In this document: positions 63,262 to 64,000 of the stretch, piece after piece | Position numbering within the stretch: position 1 is the stretch's first letter | Layout of the letters: every line of letters begins with the position of its first letter | DNA from: Tidjanibacter sp. | GTDB lineage: Bacteria > Bacteroidota > Bacteroidia > Bacteroidales > Rikenellaceae | DNA length: 64,000 nucleotides | Reading direction: 5' to 3' | Assembly (NCBI GenBank): GCA_017466345.1 | Contig: JAFTUI010000001.1 | Coordinates: 13,808 to 77,807 of the forward strand | Translations under genes and position numbers: made by a program | The notes under the pieces: model-generated | The model's input: only the letters and a program-made list of their open reading frames with translations | Told to the model about the DNA's origin: nothing | Database searches by the model: none

Positions 63262-64000
63262 AACGAGATACGAGTGTGGTATTGAGCGGTGTAAGGCTCG
63301 ATAACCCTGTAATACCTGCCAGCGGTTGCTTTGGCTACGGCTATGGTATGGCGGACTACTACGATATTAACATTCTGGGCTCCATATCCTTCAAGGGTAC
63401 CACCCGCGAGGCTCGCTATGGCAATCCTCTGCCCCGTGTTGCTGAGTGCAGAGAGGGTATGATTAACGCTGTGGGCTTGCAGAATCCAGGCATTGACGCT
63501 GTCATTGCTGAGGAACTTCCCAAGATGCGCGAGAAATTCCACAAACCCATCATCGCCAACATTAGCGGCTTCTCGATTGACGAGTATGTGGAGTGCTGTG
63601 CCAAGATTGACAAAGAGGAGCAGGTGGAGATTATAGAACTCAACGTATCGTGTCCCAATGTGCACGGAGGAGGTATGAGCTTTGGCACCTCGCCCGAGAG
63701 TGTTGCAGAGGTTGTGAAGGCTGTGAAGAAGGTCATCACAAAACCGCTCTATGTGAAACTCACGCCCAACGTGACCGATATTGTGGCTATCGCTAAGGCG
63801 GCAGAGAAGGCGGGTGCAGATGGTATATGCCTTATAAATACTATGCTCGGAATGAGAATAGACACCCGCACCCGCAAACCCGTTATTGCCAATAAAATGG
63901 GTGGCTTTTCGGGCGCAGCGGTTTTTCCCGTGGCGGTGAGGATGGTCTATCAGGTGTCGAAGGCGTGTGGCATTCCCGTCATCGGTTGTGGCGGCGTGGA
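63252..64000 (+). CDS. pyrD: Dihydroorotate dehydrogenase 1B catalytic subunit (truncated by the window end; not in the ORF track)
   Basis: The frame from ATG 63252 reads MEVKRD...NPVIPASGCFGYG, NAVGLQNPG, ELNVSCPNV and YVKLTPNV, with no stop before 64000. Confidence 0.93.
   Translation, partial: MEVKRDTSVVLSGVRLDNPVIPASGCFGYGYGMADYYDINILGSISFKGTTREARYGNPLPRVAECREGMINAVGLQNPGIDAVIAEELPKMREKFHKPIIANISGFSIDEYVECCAKIDKEEQVEIIELNVSCPNVHGGGMSFGTSPESVAEVVKAVKKVITKPLYVKLTPNVTDIVAIAKAAEKAGADGICLINTMLGMRIDTRTRKPVIANKMGGFSGAAVFPVAVRMVYQVSKACGIPVIGCGGV

Noticed and set aside
1-64000. Stop-codon reassignment or programmed frameshifts
   Set aside because: All recognisable genes are full length in the standard bacterial code, with no split domains.

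Overview
The window is mostly core chromosome from a Bacteroidales bacterium. It is probably Rikenellaceae/Alistipes-like, inferred from TAnnTTTG promoters, SusC/SusD, the alpha2-type GlyRS, DUF2795 and a type-B L31. Bases 1 to about 1900 are the right end of an AT-richer integrative element: an excisionase-like HTH gene, a tyrosine integrase, phased GGGCAGT repeats and an IHF-type site, abutting the 3' end of a DUF2795 gene. Housekeeping genes follow: rsmA, rmuC, recQ, lptB, rpsF-rpsR-rplI-rpmE2, an RND efflux operon, glyQS, coaD, lpxD, ruvC, dnaN, rho, miaA, prmA, pyrC-pyrK-pyrD and two tRNAs. A 15-kb minus-strand SusC/SusD locus has no CAZyme but carries two LRR lipoproteins and a subtilase. 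The most unusual signals are non-coding. (1) A family of about 110-125 bp palindromic elements with covarying stems starts at the stop codon of six genes. (2) The words CATG and CTNNAG were absent from every stretch I scanned by eye, including the foreign-looking genes. (3) 7-bp tandem arrays sit over the -33 position of sigma-A promoters and supply the stop codon of two genes. (4) A leader-peptide/terminator attenuator candidate precedes the pyr operon. All coordinates and counts were read by hand; family assignments come from recognising sequence motifs, not from database searches.
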